Shown: positions 28,662 to 37,875 of the stretch, piece by piece
How the letters are laid out: each line of letters starts with the position of its first letter
Numbering within the stretch: position 1 is the first letter of the stretch
Notes under the pieces: model-generated
What the model saw: the letters and a program-made list of their open reading frames with translations, nothing else
What the model was told of the DNA's origin: nothing
Databases searched by the model: none
Translations under genes and position numbers: made by a program
From: Candidatus Dadabacteria bacterium
GTDB taxonomy: Bacteria; Desulfobacterota_D; UBA1144; Nemesobacterales; UBA2774
Assembly (NCBI GenBank): GCA_020054175.1
Contig: JAGVLR010000186.1
Location: forward strand, 1 to 50,407
DNA: 50,407 nt
Direction of reading: 5' to 3'

Positions 28662-29620
28662 TCTCCGCCTCCCTGAATCACGGTCAGAACAACGCGCTCT
28701 GCTACGATCCTCTTATGCTTCCCGCCGAAGTCGAGCTCTATCCGTAGCCTCTCCAGAGCCCGCACCTCTATCTGCCTGATACGCTCCCGAGTCAATCCCC
28801 ATCTCTCGCCTATTTCGTCGAGCGATTCGCCCCCCCCCTTGCCGCTCAATCCGAACCGGCGGGTGATTATATCCCGCTCCCGAGGGCGGAGTACGGTCAT
28901 AGCTGATTGCAGAATCGCACTCATTTCGGAGTGGTAGACTACATTTACAGGGTCGGGGGCTTTCTCGTCTATCAGCATGTCCTCAAACGTCGTCCCTCCA
29001 TCATCGTGAAGGAGGCTGTCGAGGGAGACGTAGGAGCTTTTCGCAGAAGAGCGCCGGGCTAATCGGAAAGTTTCCTTCATCCTCTCGGAGACGTCCTCGG
29101 GGACTTCTATTCCTTGCCGGTCGAGTCTCCCCAGCTGCTCGAATAAATACTCGGGCACGTGAATCAGGCTATCGTTGAATATGAATCTCTGGACGGCCTG
29201 ATATATCCAGTACGCCGCGTGTGTCGTGAGCTTCGATTTAGCAGGATCGTAATTCTTTATCGACCTCTGCCAGCCGAGTACGCACTCTTGTACCAGGTCG
29301 TCGAATTTGGCTGTCGGTACGGAGATGGAATACTTCGCGGCGCATTTCAGGATGAACCGGAAGTTCTGCTCTATGCTGAGGTTCTGGTATTCGAGGTAAG
29401 CTTTCTCCGCCTTCTCTCTGTTCGCCCCTCGGGCCTTCTTAAGAGCATCGCGCCTTCTGACCAGCTCTTTAGTGAACTCGTCTCTGGCCTTACCTGTGAG
29501 GTGCTTTACCCTGAGCGCCTCGCGGGGATAAGTCTCGTTAACGTAATTCCAGAAAGCCGCGCTCCTGCCGTGGCCTCTTATACTCGTGAACTCCGTGATA
29601 TTTCTAGCCAGTCCTTTCAT
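28658..29620 (-). CDS. Phage-encoded sigma-70 family RNA polymerase sigma factor
   Basis: Region 2 (QNFRFI, DDLVQE, YDP..KLTTHAAYWIYQAV), SLD, region 4 (LRPRER..RRFGL..SLDEIG..LTRERIRQIE); ATG at 29620 after GGAGG. Confidence 0.92.
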   Translation of the reverse strand: MKGLARNITEFTSIRGHGRSAAFWNYVNETYPREALRVKHLTGKARDEFTKELVRRRDALKKARGANREKAEKAYLEYQNLSIEQNFRFILKCAAKYSISVPTAKFDDLVQECVLGWQRSIKNYDPAKSKLTTHAAYWIYQAVQRFIFNDSLIHVPEYLFEQLGRLDRQGIEVPEDVSERMKETFRLARRSSAKSSYVSLDSLLHDDGGTTFEDMLIDEKAPDPVNVVYHSEMSAILQSAMTVLRPRERDIITRRFGLSGKGGGESLDEIGERWGLTRERIRQIEVRALERLRIELDFGGKHKRIVAERVVLTVIQGGGE

Positions 29621-29622
29621 CT

Positions 29623-29979
29623 CTAACCTCCGGGGATATTTGGTATCTCGAAGTAATAGTCGGATCGACCCTTTTTGTTCCCCAAGCCCTGCTGATTCCG
29701 TATCCAATAAACGCCGTATATATGCTCGGCCATGACAAGATAGTCTCTCACGAATGTATTCAGGTGCTTCTCTTTAAAATCCTTCACGACACCTTGGGCG
29801 GGAGTAATCATCCGCTTTAGTCCATGCTCGACGAAGAAGTTGTGAAGGTCTTCCGGGCTCCTCACCACGAGGAAGATAGAGCCGCTCCGCTCGACGCGCT
29901 TCTTCTCTTTCTCCTGCCAGGGTGAGAGTTTCCCTTTCGGGGTCTTCAGCTCTGCATGAACGGGGATCGGGTAGTTCAA
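29623..29979 (-). CDS. VRR-NUC (PD-(D/E)xK) nuclease-like protein, circularly permuted
   Basis: ELKTPKGKLSPWQ...VVRSPEDL comes before EKHLNTFVRDYL...KKGRSD. Confidence 0.65.
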   Translation of the reverse strand: MNYPIPVHAELKTPKGKLSPWQEKEKKRVERSGSIFLVVRSPEDLHNFFVEHGLKRMITPAQGVVKDFKEKHLNTFVRDYLVMAEHIYGVYWIRNQQGLGNKKGRSDYYFEIPNIPGG

Positions 29980-30380
29980 TCTTCGTCCTCGCTGAATAGT
30001 GGAGTTTGAACGGCGAGCCTCTCGAACTTCTTCTGAAATTCATCGCTGGCAAACATCGTCTCTTTAAGTTGACCCCCGGAAATCTCTACGACGTGAATAT
30101 GTCCGGCCTCTCCGTCCAGCCAGCCTTCGACTCCGTTCTTGACTATACGTATTGACTTCGGCTCGGTGAGACGCTTCGCCAAAACTTTCTTGGGAATAGT
30201 CCAGTATTCCGTGTAGTCAGAATAATCCGGGGCTTCGCCAATAACGCCTTGATTGGCCTTCAGGTTGTCGATGGCTTTCTCTGCGGCTTCCTCGAACTCT
30301 TCAATGGAATCGAAATGAGCCCGCGCGTTTCCTTCGCCGTCACTGATTGTCATGCTTACTTTCTCGCTTTCTTTCGACAT
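29976..30380 (-). CDS. Hypothetical protein
   Basis: 134-aa ORF after an AGGAG RBS. Confidence 0.5.
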   Translation of the reverse strand: MSKESEKVSMTISDGEGNARAHFDSIEEFEEAAEKAIDNLKANQGVIGEAPDYSDYTEYWTIPKKVLAKRLTEPKSIRIVKNGVEGWLDGEAGHIHVVEISGGQLKETMFASDEFQKKFERLAVQTPLFSEDED

Positions 30381-30616
30381 GTCGTTTCTCCTTCACGTTT
30401 GATTTTCACAACCGGCTTGCCGAGCTTGACCGGTTCATAGTCACTCGGCCTCACCTTGTCCTCGCCGAATCCGAGCGACCAGTCCTCCCAGACTTCCACC
30501 TTCCCGGTTCCGTTACACACGGTGCACCCGCACGTATGAGGACACAGTTGACTCGGACACTGGACGGTTCCCGTACCGTTACAGATTTTGCAGGGCTGGA
30601 TGTTGGGCGTCACCAT
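30356..30616 (-). CDS. DnaJ-type zinc-finger protein
   Basis: CKICNGTG and CTVCNGTG. Confidence 0.6.
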   Translation of the reverse strand: MVTPNIQPCKICNGTGTVQCPSQLCPHTCGCTVCNGTGKVEVWEDWSLGFGEDKVRPSDYEPVKLGKPVVKIKREGETTCRKKARK

Positions 30617-30903
30617 TTCGTCGGGCCTCCGTACTCCGGCGAGAAATCCTTCAAGCGGTCGTCTATATCGCCGGAGGGGAGAGAAGAGACAGAAGGAACG
30701 GGACTATTTAGGAGATCATGCATACGCCCAATGTCGAGACGATACAATCCATCTGCCCTGTCGCGATATAAAAGTGACTCGTTGTCAGCGCGTCCGACTG
30801 TCCGTTGCTCCGCCTCCTCCATCAGCGCCCGCAGGCAGTATCCGAACGTCACTGCGCATATAAGCGCAAGGGCGAACAAAACATATAGAGCTTCAATCGG
30901 CAT
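30610..30903 (-). CDS. Membrane-anchored hypothetical protein
   Basis: ATG at 30903 after GGAGG; hydrophobic N-terminus. Confidence 0.5.
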   Translation of the reverse strand: MPIEALYVLFALALICAVTFGYCLRALMEEAEQRTVGRADNESLLYRDRADGLYRLDIGRMHDLLNSPVPSVSSLPSGDIDDRLKDFSPEYGGPTKW

Positions 30904-31095
30904 CGCTTTTCCTCCCTGGTATGTCTTGCCAATGCGTAACCTCTTTGCCCGAGGGGACATCTCGGAGCACTTTGTCTACGTCCTTCAACCTCCACTCTCC
31001 CCGCTCGTGGCTGTAGCTCCCCGTGAACGGCCCGGAGCCCCGGAGGTAGATGATTACTGTGCGCGTGTTGTCCGGGGGCTTGGAAGCGGGGAATC

Positions 31096-31386
31096 TCAAG
31101 GGCGGGCCTCCTGGGTTTTGAGATAATCGAAAAGTGTCGGGGTTGTAATCTCCGCCTCTATTTCCTTGTAGTAGCGGATTCCGAATCCAAAGTACTTCGT
31201 GCTCAGCTCGACACCGTACCCACGCCGGCCGAGTCCTGCCGCCCAGGTGATTACGTCGTTCTGGAATGGGAAGTTGCCAGGATTGAGCTCCCCCGGCGAA
31301 ACGGCGAACCCCGACTTCGAGGCGAGTACCACCTTGCCTTCGAGGAATGCGCTGTAATCGGGATTCGCTGTAGTTGCCGCGTTCAT
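31096..31386 (-). pseudogene. Internally deleted helicase/DNA-methylase remnant
   Basis: SNF2-like start (YSAFLEGK..GF..FPFQNDVITWA..GR) joined directly to an MTase-like end (GRRGYGVEL..YF..PTLFD). Confidence 0.6.
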
Positions 31387-31406
31387 GTTGAACCTCTTCC
31401 AGTCTT

Positions 31407-31862
31407 TTAAGGCTTAATCCCGAAGAGCTGAGGGTAAGTCTTGATCGCGTGATCTATATCAGGGGATTTCAGATACCCCTTGTTGCGGGCCAAATCCTCC
31501 TGGATATTGATATGGGAGGGTCCCTGTTTGAATACCTGCCATATCTTGAACACGGCCTCTATCCCGGTCCTGATATAGGCTTCGGAAAATGCGCTACCGG
31601 AGCCGTGGAACTCGGCGAGCCCCCTCTGCACCAAACCCTCACGCGCTTCTGACTTGGCCACAGTAATTTCCTCGTCGCTCGCTCCGTCATCAATCATCGC
31701 CTGTATGGCATCCCAAGCTGCCTGAACACCCTCAAGGATGAACTCCAGCAGCTTCGGGGCCTGAGCCGCGAGGTCTGCCACTATTCGGGCAAAGAAGCCG
31801 ATGGTCCCGGCGTACTTAATGCCGAGCTGCACGGCTGTTGAGAGAAAATCAATTATCGACAT
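31407..31862 (-). CDS. Hypothetical protein, possibly holin-like
   Basis: 151 aa with RBS; amphipathic N-terminus and IRTGIEAVF segment. Confidence 0.35.
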   Translation of the reverse strand: MSIIDFLSTAVQLGIKYAGTIGFFARIVADLAAQAPKLLEFILEGVQAAWDAIQAMIDDGASDEEITVAKSEAREGLVQRGLAEFHGSGSAFSEAYIRTGIEAVFKIWQVFKQGPSHINIQEDLARNKGYLKSPDIDHAIKTYPQLFGIKP

Positions 31863-31883
31863 ACTTACCTCCTGAAAATGGGT

Positions 31884-32072
31884 TTATTTTCGATCTACAA
31901 TCGCCGCTACGGCCATGACTGTGACAATCAGGGCGATAATCAGAACCCCGGGAATCCATAGGGGGCTCAGCACCCAAAGCCATGACCAGTCGATCAAGCC
32001 CGCGAGCTTAAGGCCGATAAAGAGAATCGTCAGCAGCCCGAAGAATCCGATATTTCCACTCACATTTTTCAC
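31884..32072 (-). CDS. Small membrane protein
   Basis: IGFFGLLTILFIGLKLAGLIDWSWLWVLSPLWIP, a pattern common in small phage proteins. Confidence 0.6.
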   Translation of the reverse strand: MKNVSGNIGFFGLLTILFIGLKLAGLIDWSWLWVLSPLWIPGVLIIALIVTVMAVAAIVDRK

Positions 32073-32277
32073 CGTTTCCTCTCCTTCACGATAAACTCCC
32101 GATTCTTCAAGCTCTCAATCTGCTCATCCGTCATGGGCCAGCCCTCAACCGGGTCTTGCTCGATGATGCGCCTGCGTGAATCCTTCTTCGCGGGGCGTGC
32201 GTCGATTCGGCGAATCGGTTGACCGTAAAACGCGCAGTAGTGAGCGTTACAGACTATGTCCTTTGGCATTGTTTCCC

Positions 32278-33174
32278 CTAGACTGCTTTCTTTAGTTCCT
32301 GTTTCTGATTCCCGTACTTATCGCACTCAAACAAAACCGTGCCGGCGCGGAATGCAATCTTGTGCGGAAAGCTGGGATCGCCCGGCCATGCGTAGAGGTC
32401 TTTCTTGGCTACCTCGATAGCGACATATGTGTCGTTTTTCTTGTCCCGGAAATCGTCGCAGAGGTATGGCGTAGCGCAGGCGTGGAATTTCCCCGCGCCA
32501 CATTCGTTCTCTTTAGGATTCCAGCTTGGATGAACTACGGTTGTGCCAATCTCCCATAGGGTTTCATTCTCGGTTCCTTCTTGGGTTTTAAAATCGACCG
32601 AGACGCGCTTGTAAAGCGTTACCTTTGTGGCAGAAGTAATACCGTGCAATTCGAGCCAGGCACCTGCGCCCTTCTTCAGCTGCGGCTTTATGACCGTAGC
32701 GGTCTTCGACTTCTTGGTGATTTTTCCTTTCGCGAGCTGAATACAGACTGCGAAGGCGAAGAGAAGCACGGAAGATGCGTCTGATAGGAGGTGCACACAG
32801 ACTGTCGCATAAGCCGTGACGACGCTATGCTCCCGAGCCGTGACGACGCTATGCTCCCAAGCCGTGACGACGCTATGCTCCCGAGCCGTGACGACGCTAT
32901 GCTCCCGAGCCGCGACGACGCTATGCCCCCAAGCCGCGACGACGCTATGCCCCCGAGCCGCGACGACGCTATGCCCCCGAGCCTCGACGACGCTATGCCC
33001 CCAAGCCTCGACGACGCTATGCCCCCGAGCCGTGACGACGCTATGCTCCGGCGTCTTTATAATTACCAGCCTGAAGTCATTGCGAGATTCGATTTTGACA
33101 ATCGTAAATTCGTCGAAAGATTCCGGCAGGGCATCCCACCCTTTCTGAGTTTTTATTATTATTTCTTTTGCCAT
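32278..33174 (-). CDS. Octapeptide-repeat (beta-helix-like) phage protein
   Basis: Ten HSVVxAxx repeats followed by a YKRV..ECGAGKFHAC..HKI domain. Confidence 0.7.
   Translation of the reverse strand: MAKEIIIKTQKGWDALPESFDEFTIVKIESRNDFRLVIIKTPEHSVVTARGHSVVEAWGHSVVEARGHSVVAARGHSVVAAWGHSVVAAREHSVVTAREHSVVTAWEHSVVTAREHSVVTAYATVCVHLLSDASSVLLFAFAVCIQLAKGKITKKSKTATVIKPQLKKGAGAWLELHGITSATKVTLYKRVSVDFKTQEGTENETLWEIGTTVVHPSWNPKENECGAGKFHACATPYLCDDFRDKKNDTYVAIEVAKKDLYAWPGDPSFPHKIAFRAGTVLFECDKYGNQKQELKKAV
32813..33049. repeat. Intragenic tandem repeat, 24 bp x 10
   Basis: Unit approximately GCCGTGACGACGCTATGCTCCCGA, contiguous with no spacers. Confidence 0.95.
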
Positions 33175-33426
33175 TCTCTTTCTCCCTTCATTGGCGGCCT
33201 CCCGAATGGCCGCCGTGATTTAATTTCACCAACTTCTCCCTCTAGGCTCGCCCTCGGGTCGGCGGCTCTTGGGGCCACAGGGCCAAGCTGGTGTTGATTG
33301 GCAGCCTCTCGGTTTGCGACCGGCATCCTTGTCCCGTGGCCTGATTTATCGGGGCGGTAGCAACCGTCATACGACGATCCCCCGGGCCTGGCCCTAGAAC
33401 TATCCGCCCCTGATTTGTATTAGTGC

Positions 33427-34329
33427 TCATTCCTGGAAAATCCCCCTTTCTCTGTTTCTCTCTCGGATAGCTTCGAGGAACCTGTGCGCCTCTTCCTCGT
33501 TCACGTTGTCCTTCTGCCTGTAGAGGTCGATTCGTTCGCGGATAAGCCCGATAAGCCTCTGGCCTTCGTCGGTATCTTCCTCGCTGCGTTCCTTGAGCCT
33601 TGCCTTCGCTTCCTGAAATTTCTGCCTTGTCTCATCGTCCCACTCGGGATAATCAGAAGGAGGCGGGAGCGCGCTAATCCCGCTCGGCGGAATACTAAAA
33701 GCCGCGTGGCACTCCAGCATCCGATTCCAGTCAAACGTTCGCACGGGGAACTCTTGTACGCAGCAGTAATCCTCGTTGCCGATTATGCCGAAGCAGGCTT
33801 TAAACCAGAGCATCATTGTTTCGAGGCCAGCCGGTGAATCCTTAAACTCGCGCCTCCAATAGCCAAAACTCTGCCGGTGAAAGAGTCCCTCATCGCCCGT
33901 TGGCGCCTCATTCATGAACGAGCGCCCATCGTAGCCGATTTTTTTGAGATATTGCCAGCACGTAAACCAGAACGCCTGAAACTGTTCAGCGCGGATGTAA
34001 CGCTCGCTTGCATCGCGGAGGATTTCGTAGATCGTCGACACGATCGGGAGGAACTTCTCCATCGTCCTCTCTTCGTACCTGTCCGGGAAGAACTGCCGCT
34101 GACTCGGCGTAAGGCTCTCGTCGAAGTGGTCGATCTTCCGGTAAATCGCGTAGAGCCTTTTCACAGCCTTTTCCGGCTCGTCAATGCTCTGTACGCGGCT
34201 TAGGTAGTCCAATGCCGCCGCCAAGTGGTTTCCGTCCTTCTGCGAGGTCTTTCTCGACCTGGGCGTCGACCTCGTCGGCAAAGTTTTTGACACGCTCGTA
34301 TGTCTCCCGGACTTCTCGTTCCCGCTCAA
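33427..34329 (-). CDS. Hypothetical protein downstream of the replication initiator (start uncertain)
   Basis: Long ORF whose 5' part overlaps the initiator 3' end. Confidence 0.5.
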   Translation of the reverse strand: MSGNEKSGRHTSVSKTLPTRSTPRSRKTSQKDGNHLAAALDYLSRVQSIDEPEKAVKRLYAIYRKIDHFDESLTPSQRQFFPDRYEERTMEKFLPIVSTIYEILRDASERYIRAEQFQAFWFTCWQYLKKIGYDGRSFMNEAPTGDEGLFHRQSFGYWRREFKDSPAGLETMMLWFKACFGIIGNEDYCCVQEFPVRTFDWNRMLECHAAFSIPPSGISALPPPSDYPEWDDETRQKFQEAKARLKERSEEDTDEGQRLIGLIRERIDLYRQKDNVNEEEAHRFLEAIRERNRERGIFQE

Positions 34330-35191
34330 GGTCTTCCTCCGTCATGTTCAGTCTTGCGGTTACAGCCAGATTCACTTGCGCCGCGTTATTCGCGAACCAG
34401 CCGATTGTCGGCGGGCTCTTATCCAGCCAGTGAAAATATCCCGTCCCGTCGACGTAGCCCTCGAACGCGATCTTCGCGCCGAGGGTCGCCCGGTCGTAAA
34501 TTTCTTTCTCGTCCGCATCCGGGTTAAGTTGAGAAAGTGCCTCGAAGTAGGTCTTGGCTTTCTGAACATCCAGTGCGCTTGGTATCAGGAGCTGGCCGGT
34601 TACTTCTTCCTGCAATTCTCCGAAGACTCGATTAAGCCATGCAGGTGCCGAATACGATTCAGGCTTTAAACTCCCGATCAGGACAGGAGGGGGTATAAAG
34701 TTTTGAGAGAGATTTACGCTTTCGAGATTTTCCGAAAGCGCTTCTTTTCTCTCCATTCCACTTCCTATTCCTTTCCCTTCCATTCCCTGTTCCCTGTTCC
34801 CTTCCTGCGTCGATTGTTCGTCGATTGTTCGTCGATTGTTCGTCGATTCATCCCAGATGATTGCTAAGTTCTTGATTTTGCTCGGTTTTGGCCGATCGAC
34901 TCGTTGGTGTTCTTTGAAATTTATAATGTGTCCGTACTCACGCCCGTCAACGCCTTTCCCGAGCCTCAAATAACCTATGCGCGACAGTTCGTCGAGCGTT
35001 CGACGAATACTCGTCGACGGCTCGCGCAGTGGAGAACATTCTGCGAGGATGAGCTTCTCGTTGGCATTGAAATAGCCTTCATCGTCAGCGTAATTTATTA
35101 GGGCCGCCGCCATCATATGCGTCGATTCAGTCTGTACGCTCAACCCCTCATTTCTCCAAAACTCAGGTTTGATTGTTCTTATACGTCCCAT
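34181..35191 (-). CDS. Phage replication initiator protein
   Basis: MGRIRTIKPEFW, YADDEG and NFKEHQRVDRPKPSKI motifs; internal iteron-like repeats. Confidence 0.8.
   Translation of the reverse strand: MGRIRTIKPEFWRNEGLSVQTESTHMMAAALINYADDEGYFNANEKLILAECSPLREPSTSIRRTLDELSRIGYLRLGKGVDGREYGHIINFKEHQRVDRPKPSKIKNLAIIWDESTNNRRTIDEQSTQEGNREQGMEGKGIGSGMERKEALSENLESVNLSQNFIPPPVLIGSLKPESYSAPAWLNRVFGELQEEVTGQLLIPSALDVQKAKTYFEALSQLNPDADEKEIYDRATLGAKIAFEGYVDGTGYFHWLDKSPPTIGWFANNAAQVNLAVTARLNMTEEDLEREREVRETYERVKNFADEVDAQVEKDLAEGRKPLGGGIGLPKPRTEH
34809..34848. repeat. Putative origin iterons
   Basis: GTCGATTGTTC x3 plus a partial fourth copy, inside the initiator gene linker. Confidence 0.6.
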
Positions 35192-35412
35192 TATTCCTCA
35201 ATGCTTTTACGGTCTATTTCCCATTGTCCTGCCCACCGTTGACACGTAGCCAGCCGAGGTAAAAATCGGCGGATTCCTGTGCGGACTCCCTGCTCGCCGA
35301 GAGACATACCTTGCGCCATACTCCGCTCACGTCCGGCATGGATACGGCGTATAATCCGTTGTCCTCCGGGTCTATGCGCACCTGGGGGTTGCCGTCGGCA
35401 CTCATCGCGTGT

Positions 35413-35781
35413 TCATCGTGAAACAGTTCTGTCGCTGTTTGCATTGGTCCCTACCTCTAACTCATATACTTTCATTGCGAGTTTTATATCTCTCACAAGC
35501 CGTCTCTCGTCTGGACAGTTCCTAGCGATGCACAGCCTCAGTCTTTGTATTGCCATCGCCCTGGTCCGTCCCCCGGACGCCCATGCGCCACTCTTCTCTT
35601 CTGTGATGCCCCATTTATGCCCTTTCTCGGCGAACCCTCGGTGAAGGAACCACGTCGCCCCGAGGAGGGTGAACTTGTACCCCCGTGCCTGCAGTTTGCT
35701 GTAGACGCCGGTTTTCCTGTCCCTAAACGAGGCATAGAATTCACTCTCTTTATTCTCAACCTCTATGCCCTCTATGATCAC
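35413..35781 (-). CDS. Hypothetical protein
   Basis: Likely GTG at 35781, overlapping the upstream stop. Confidence 0.45.
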   Translation of the reverse strand: MIIEGIEVENKESEFYASFRDRKTGVYSKLQARGYKFTLLGATWFLHRGFAEKGHKWGITEEKSGAWASGGRTRAMAIQRLRLCIARNCPDERRLVRDIKLAMKVYELEVGTNANSDRTVSR

Positions 35782-36086
35782 GCTGTGGCCCTCCGCGCAA
35801 GGTCTGCCCGCTCCTGCCACATCTCCTTCTTGGTCTCGTCGTGGCGCTGACACTCGGCATCGTAACGATTCCTTTCATTCATCCTCTCTTTCCACTCGTA
35901 GTTCAACCAGACGCAGACATCCTCAATTTCAATGGTCTGCGCTGTGTGTGTATCGAGGATGAATAACGCGCCGTTTTTCTCGATTTTTATATAACGCTTC
36001 TGAGACATATCGCGTCTCCTTAGAACCGGTTAGCGGGGAAGGCTTCTCGTCCAGGAGAAACCCCTCCCCGCGCCGGGTTAGACGTT

Positions 36087-37124
36087 TTATCCGCCGTACA
36101 AATCGCCCTGCGGGTCCTCGAAGTGATATTTCTCCTTCTCTGCCCATTTCAGGAACTTGTCGTCGTCGGCAATGAACGCTTTTAAGCTCGTCACAGGGTC
36201 GCCGAGAACTTCCGAGAGGCGTTTCTTGACCTCTCCCTCAGTCTTATAGCCCTTCTCTCTCATGAACAGATGGAAGTTCCTCTGGCGCTTTACCAGCGCC
36301 GCCTCGCGGGCCTGCTCGGGCGTAGGAAGGTCTTCCTTCTCCACTTCTTCGGGGTCGTCGTGCTCGTCGACCGCGTCGATTATCTCGGCATCTTCTGCAT
36401 CATCGACCTGCCCTCCGGCCGCCAGGGCCGGGGCGAGCTCGGTGTCTTGCGAGGCCAAGAGGGGCGCTTCGCTCTGTACCCCGGCGTCGCTTGCCATCAC
36501 CTTCGTTATCTCGCCGTCCTCCGGGAGGTTTGTAAGGTTCAGGCCCGGAAAAACGAATGAAAACCCCTGCGTGACGGCAGTTTTGCAAATCATGTGAGCA
36601 GGGTTCGTTTTCCACATACCCATCAGCGAACCACCATCCCCGAAAGTCCGAGCCCAAGGCTCGAAAGCTATCTCGTGAATGAACGGTTCTTGTTGGTCCT
36701 TCCGCCATATGTGCGTCCAGGCACCGACTATTTTTTCTTTCCCGGCGAGATGGAACTCTCCCACGCGTCGCTCCAGCTTCCCATCAACCAAGAGAATTAA
36801 GCCGTACTCGTAGCGCCTAAAGGTCGGGTGCTTTGTGCCGGGCTCAATCCTCTTTCTGAAATGAATCACTATGTAGGCCGGATACGGCTTTCCGGTACGC
36901 TTATCTGTGCCTTCGGGCTTAATCATCCATGCATCCCCGACGTAGGGATTCAGGTTTTGGCTCAAACACACCTTTCCGAAGAGCCAGAGCTCGGCATCGG
37001 TCGCATTGGGACAAAGCCGACGCAGGGCGTCCGCTTTGTACTCAGCCAGGACGGCAGGGCTGTGACCCTGTGCGAGGGCGGGAGCCGCGCCATTCTCTCT
37101 CGTTGCTATTTGCTGTCTGGTCAT
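36087..37124 (-). CDS. Single-strand annealing recombinase (Bet/RecT family)
   Basis: LCPNATDAELWLF..C...NLNPY..AWMIK, VGAW..IWRKD and WKTNPAHMICKTA motifs. Confidence 0.82.
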   Translation of the reverse strand: MTRQQIATRENGAAPALAQGHSPAVLAEYKADALRRLCPNATDAELWLFGKVCLSQNLNPYVGDAWMIKPEGTDKRTGKPYPAYIVIHFRKRIEPGTKHPTFRRYEYGLILLVDGKLERRVGEFHLAGKEKIVGAWTHIWRKDQQEPFIHEIAFEPWARTFGDGGSLMGMWKTNPAHMICKTAVTQGFSFVFPGLNLTNLPEDGEITKVMASDAGVQSEAPLLASQDTELAPALAAGGQVDDAEDAEIIDAVDEHDDPEEVEKEDLPTPEQAREAALVKRQRNFHLFMREKGYKTEGEVKKRLSEVLGDPVTSLKAFIADDDKFLKWAEKEKYHFEDPQGDLYGG

Positions 37125-37472
37125 TTAGGCCGCCCTCCGAATTGGTTCGACGTCGATTATTGTTTTCCCCTCTGCGGGAAGCGGGATAGCCGCTCCCGGA
37201 GCGGGATCGTGACTGGGGCACTCCACATTCCCGCATGCCCAGAACATGCCCCTATTGCCACTGGGCGTCGTCACAATCGCCCGTTCCATCGTCTCTCCAC
37301 AGTGTTGGCAGACCGGCCTCAACATGGTGTACGTCCGCTCCCTCGTTATGACCCTTTCGGTTTCAACTTCCTTGATAAAAACCGCCGAATCGGTATAATG
37401 AGGGAAGATGGAATTTGTCTTGGGAGCCATGTGGTTGCTGCCGCGTGGCTCTTGCTTTACTAGCTGCTTCAA
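37125..37472 (-). CDS. Zinc-ribbon hypothetical protein
   Basis: CQHC...FWACGNVEC; TTG after GGAGG. Confidence 0.5.
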   Translation of the reverse strand: MKQLVKQEPRGSNHMAPKTNSIFPHYTDSAVFIKEVETERVITRERTYTMLRPVCQHCGETMERAIVTTPSGNRGMFWACGNVECPSHDPAPGAAIPLPAEGKTIIDVEPIRRAA

Positions 37473-37506
37473 GGTATCCCTCCTTGTGGATTTAGTTTCA
37501 TGCTCT

Positions 37507-37875
37507 TCATTTCCCGACTACCATCGCCCTGATGCTTGCGCTCGCCTTCGATATCTTTGAGTAGGTGTCGAACAGCGCCGGATGCGCTTGCTTGAAGGTC
37601 TCTATGTCCAGGATGGTCTTGCCCTTCGTGTAGACCACCTGGAGGAATCGGCCCTTGACAGTTTCGCCCTTAGCCATGCACTCTTCCTTGACCTCTCCTT
37701 CGAGCCTCTCGATCTCGATGTCGACGGACCCGGTTCTGCGCCTCCGCTCCTCCGAGAGCATCGTTATCTGGGCGTCGATATCCTTCGCGGCGTCAGCCCT
37801 TTCGATTTGCAGTGCGTAGAGCCTGTCTAACTTCTCAGCCGTCGTTAACTCTTCAATTTGAATTGCCTGTTCCAT
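37507..37875 (-). CDS. Coiled-coil phage protein (Gam/Gp157-like possible)
   Basis: 122 aa; coiled coil followed by a beta-rich tail; upstream of the recombinase. Confidence 0.45.
   Translation of the reverse strand: MEQAIQIEELTTAEKLDRLYALQIERADAAKDIDAQITMLSEERRRRTGSVDIEIERLEGEVKEECMAKGETVKGRFLQVVYTKGKTILDIETFKQAHPALFDTYSKISKASASIRAMVVGK

Noticed and set aside
32813..33049. Possible CRISPR array
   Set aside because: Units are contiguous with no unique spacers and encode an in-frame octapeptide repeat
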